DNA of 11,194 bases, taken from contig NW_021827115.1 of NCBI RefSeq assembly GCF_006345805.1, forward strand, positions 1 through 11,194, given 5' to 3'. Below, one piece after another: positions 7,976 through 11,194 of the stretch (within the stretch, counting starts at the first letter, position 1; each line of letters opens with the position of its first letter). The notes beneath the pieces were generated by a model that ran no database searches, was not told the DNA's origin, and worked only from the letters and a program-made list of their open reading frames with translations. Origin of the DNA: Octopus sinensis. Its lineage: Eukaryota. Position numbers and translations under genes: made by a program.

Positions 7976-7976
7976 G

Positions 7977-8025
<49 letters not shown>

Positions 8026-8026
8026 G

Positions 8027-8067
<41 letters not shown>

Positions 8068-8068
8068 G

Positions 8069-8107
<39 letters not shown>

Positions 8108-8120
8108 CATCCATCCGTCC

Positions 8121-8199
<79 letters not shown>

Positions 8200-8207
8200 T
8201 ATAATAT
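7976..8207. repeat. (ATCT)n then (TA)n microsatellite
   Basis: Read directly. Confidence 0.97.
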
Positions 8208-8367
8208 TTGACAAAAATCAAAATGGATGACAGGTTTTCGTAGGTCATTTCCTTTATCATTGGACTTGACGAACGAATCTGTTATCCACTTGATTTTTGT
8301 TACATTTTGCTCATATTGAGTACTAATTAGATGCGCTGCAACGAAGGTTTTCCTTTTTTTCTTATTA

Positions 8368-8368
8368 T

Positions 8369-8399
<31 letters not shown>

Positions 8400-8450
8400 G
8401 CTCTCTATATCTATATTTATATTATATATATATATATAATATATAATTTT
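8368..8450. repeat. (CT)n/(TA)n microsatellite
   Basis: Read directly. Confidence 0.9.
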
Positions 8451-8472
8451 TTTATTGATATTGTTTTAGTGG

Positions 8473-8839
8473 TTTGTTTGTTGAGCGAAGCGGTCTTCGT
8501 CCCAGTGGGAGAAGTCCGAAAGGTAGTCCTTTGCTATTCGTAAGACCCGCAGAAGAGAAAGTAGGTCAACCCCCGACACCGAGACCATCGCGGATGGATG
8601 AATGCGCATCCAGGCTCAGCCGGTTGCGTAGGAAGTCGGGGACAAGAAACAGGAAGAAACAGTGAGAGAAAGTTGGAGCAAAAGAGTACAACAGGGGGTC
8701 TCCACCACCCCCTGCCGGAGCCTCGTGGAGCTGTAGGTATTTTCGTTCAATAAACACACACAACGCCTGGTCTGGGAATCGAAACCGCGATCCTCCGACC
8801 GCGAGTCCGTTGCCCTAACCACTGGGCCATTGCGCCTCT
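8473..8839 (-). mobile_element. tRNA-derived SINE (copy C, tail type 3)
   Basis: Minus AGAGGCGCAATGGCCCAGTGGTTAGGGCAACGGACTCGCGG..GGTTTCGATTCCCAGACC gives A and B boxes. The centre is shared with A and B. A third tail (8473-8649) ends CAACAAACAAAC. Candidate TSD TAGTGGT at 8467-8473 and 8844-8850 (offset by 4 nt, uncertain). Confidence 0.9.
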
Positions 8840-8844
8840 ATTAT

Positions 8845-9020
8845 AGTGGTGGTCGTCTTAGGTTGATGGTGATGACGGTGATGCTGATGAGCTTTGTGGT
8901 GGTGTTAATGGTGTTAATGATGGGTGTGGTGGTAGTAGCTGTGGTAGTGGTGGTGGTGGGGGTAATGGTGTTGACGTTGATAATGATGATGGTGTAGTAG
9001 TAGTATTGACAGTAGTAGTC

Positions 9021-9056
<36 letters not shown>

Positions 9057-9095
9057 ATAGTAGTAGTAGTAATAGTAGTAGTAGTAGTAGTAGTA

Positions 9096-9129
<34 letters not shown>

Positions 9130-9300
9130 TGTAGTAGTGATACTGTTTGTAGTGGTGATGGCAGTGGTGTTGGTGGTAGTGTTGCTGTCTGTTGGTGTTG
9201 GCGATGGTAATAACGGCAATGTCAGCAGTGATGGCCATGGTATTGGTGATATTGTTGTTGTTGTTGTTGGTGTTGGTGGTAGTGATGTTGGTGTTGGGGG
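8845..9300. repeat. Compound trinucleotide repeat (GGT/GAT/GTT with a long (AGT)n core at about 9020-9130)
   Basis: Read directly; source of the poly-T/poly-L/poly-Y ORFs. Confidence 0.95.
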
Positions 9301-9651
9301 TTGCTATTTACCAATTCCAGTGGTTCTGGAATTGGTAAATTATGATGCCCTCTCCAATCCCTTCTTCCATTTCCTCTCCATTAATCCATCTCCTGCCAGA
9401 TTTCCCCCCAACCCCACCCCACCCCACCCCGACCCGCCATTGTTTGACAGCCTCTCGTCATTTTTCCTCTCCATATTACAAGTTAATCTTTATCCGAATT
9501 CAGTGAGGCGGATACACACGAAACATTATCCCAAGCCTAAGGAACTGAATTCAATACGCAAAAAAAAATCAGACTCCCCCACCCGCCACCGCCAAAAAAA
9601 AAAAGAAGAGAAGATTAGGATTATCTCAAACCCTATCCACAGAGAAAAGAT

Positions 9652-9835
9652 TAATAATCCATTCTGTTATAGGTACAAGGCTTGAAATTTCGGGGGGGGG
9701 TGATTTATCGATTACAACGACCCCAGTGCTGGACTGGTATTTATTTTATCGACCCCCGAAATGATAAATACCGAAATGGTATTTATTTTATCGACCCCGA
9801 AAGGCAGAAAATGTCGACCACAGCAGAATTTGAAC
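9652..9835 (-). mobile_element. 5'-truncated SINE of the second group, with internal duplication
   Basis: Minus GAGTTCAAATTC (B box)..GTCGAC..TTCGGGGTCGATAAAATAAATACCA (x2)..CACTGGGGTCG..GCCTTGTACC..GATTATT; aligns by eye with 11000-11194. Confidence 0.85.
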
Positions 9836-9869
9836 TCGTATCATGTCACGCCGTGACGTGATACGAAAT

Positions 9870-10510
9870 CTGGAATCCACGAAATGTAGCAGTTGGCTTC
9901 TGTTGGTGCAAAGAATCCGAAAGAATATAATTGCGTTAAAAATACCCCAAAGTTAGTGTATTAAACCGCGTGTAAAAGCGAAAATGAATCAACATTTCGA
10001 GCAGAAACCCTTTATCAAGAAAGTATAAAGTCCAAAGACAACTAAATCATAGTAGGTGTGCTCAGCAGAGTTGAAACACCGAGTAGCAGGTTTTAGAGAC
10101 CGAAGTCTATTTCGTGGCCCCTCAAATTTACCAGTTAACTTCTGGTTCACCTCACTGGCAGACACGGTGCCGCAAGGTTGGCACTTTATGGAATGAATTA
10201 TATTCTTGGAGGTGAGAATAAAATAAACAGCAGCATTAAGGGTTGAACCAGGACCGGGTGGAGTGATAACGACATGGTGTTGCGTCGGGTGAGCGAAGAG
10301 GTGGACGATTATGGCAAGGTGTGACGCAGAATGAAAGACCTGTTGGCCTGTTGACCTGATGATCACGTGGGTTGTAATCAGGTGTGGAAAAGAGAGAATA
10401 GGGTTGCGGGGGAAGATGGGAGAGGTGGTGAGGTCTAATTGGAGGAAAGAGAAATAGAAATAGTGAGGGACGGCACGACGGGGAAGTGGGTGGAGGGGAC
10501 GAAAAGAGGA
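9870..10510 (-). mobile_element. Decayed Penelope-like ORF C-terminus: post-RT linker plus GIY-YIG endonuclease
   Basis: LQLDLTTSPIFPRNPILSF (IFPRNPILSF 10417-10388), then frameshifted YNPRDHQVN. Next comes TSKNIIHSIKCQPCGTVSASEVNQKLTGKFEG..KPATRCFNSAEHTYYDLVVFGL (10213-10028), then frameshifted QLYSFGFFAPTEAN (9933-9892). The order and spacing match PLE motifs IFPxxPLxSFR-RNLRDxLV, TSxNxIYCIxCxxCxxLYIGETxxxLxxRFxEH, KPVARHFNSxxHxxxDxxVxGL and LIFxLGTLxPxGLN. The YIG and RFxEH motifs are mutated. Boundaries approximate. Confidence 0.8.
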
Positions 10511-10541
10511 AGAAAGAGTAAAAAGAAGAGAAAGAAGATAT

Positions 10542-10999
10542 AACAACAACGACAACAACAAAAACAACAACAACAAAAACAACAACAGCAACAACACGAG
10601 CAAAAACAACAACAACAACAAAAACAACAACAACAACAACAACAACAACAATAATAATAATAATATGATAATAATGATAATAATATAATAATAATGATAA
10701 TGATAATAATAATAATAATGATAATGATAATAAAATAATAATAATACTGATAATAATAATATAATAATAATAATAATAATAATTAATAATAATTAATAAC
10801 AATAATAACAATAATAATAATAATGATAATGATAATAATAATATAATAATAACAATAATAATAATAATAATAATGAAATAATAATAATATAAAATAATAA
10901 TAATAAATAATAATAATAATTAATAACAATAATCACAATAATAATAATAATAATAATACTAATAAAATAATAATAATAATAATAATAATATAATAATGA
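10542..10999. repeat. (AAC)n followed by long degenerate (AAT)n
   Basis: Read directly; source of the poly-L/poly-V/poly-I ORF N-termini. Confidence 0.97.
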
Positions 11000-11194
11000 T
11001 GGTGGTTTTCAAATTTTGCCACAAGGCCAGCAATTTTGGAGGTGGATTGAGTCGATTACATCAACCCCATGTTCAACTGGTACTTGTTTTATCGCCCCAG
11101 AAAGGTAAAATCGACCTCGGAGGAATTTGAAATCAGAACGTAAAGACGGACGAAATGCCGCTGAGCATTGTGTCAGGAGTCCTAACATTCTGCC
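11000..11194 (-). mobile_element. tRNA-derived SINE of the second group (5' end runs off the window)
   Basis: Minus GGCAGAATGTTAG..ATGCTCAGCGGCATTTCGTCCGTCTTTACGTTCTGATTTCAAATTCC (B-box-like)..GATAAAACAAGTACCAG..GCTGGCCTTGTGGCAAAATTTGAAAACC runs into an (ATT)n tail. It resembles octopus OR-type SINEs as I recall them; subfamily not assigned. Confidence 0.88.

Overview
This is eukaryotic, repeat-saturated non-coding DNA. The SINE families and microsatellite load look like an octopus (cephalopod) genome, which is an inference from remembered family sequences and not a database result. I find no intact host gene, rRNA, true tRNA or CRISPR array, and most ORFs in the supplied track are microsatellite artefacts. 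Between the microsatellites is a mosaic of retroelement remnants. (i) Two RTE-type LINE 3' ends encoding C2H2 zinc fingers lie tail-to-tail (1411-1832 +, 1977-2580 -), the second split by a SINE. (ii) Penelope-like element (PLE) remnants comprise a decayed linker plus GIY-YIG endonuclease (~9870-10510 -), a probable ORF N-terminus (2786-2971 -) and four degenerate minimal type-I hammerhead-ribozyme motifs (3052-3101 -, 3152-3209 +, 3582-3615 +, 7887-7920 -). (iii) Three tRNA-derived SINEs share a ~190-nt head with a covarying hairpin but carry three unrelated 3' tails, and three further copies or fragments belong to a second SINE group. (iv) A 319-codon, nearly open minus-strand frame (165-1121) with a 21-bp coding-phase repeat remains unexplained. 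(v) Several strong hairpins and a template-switch-like duplication are also present.
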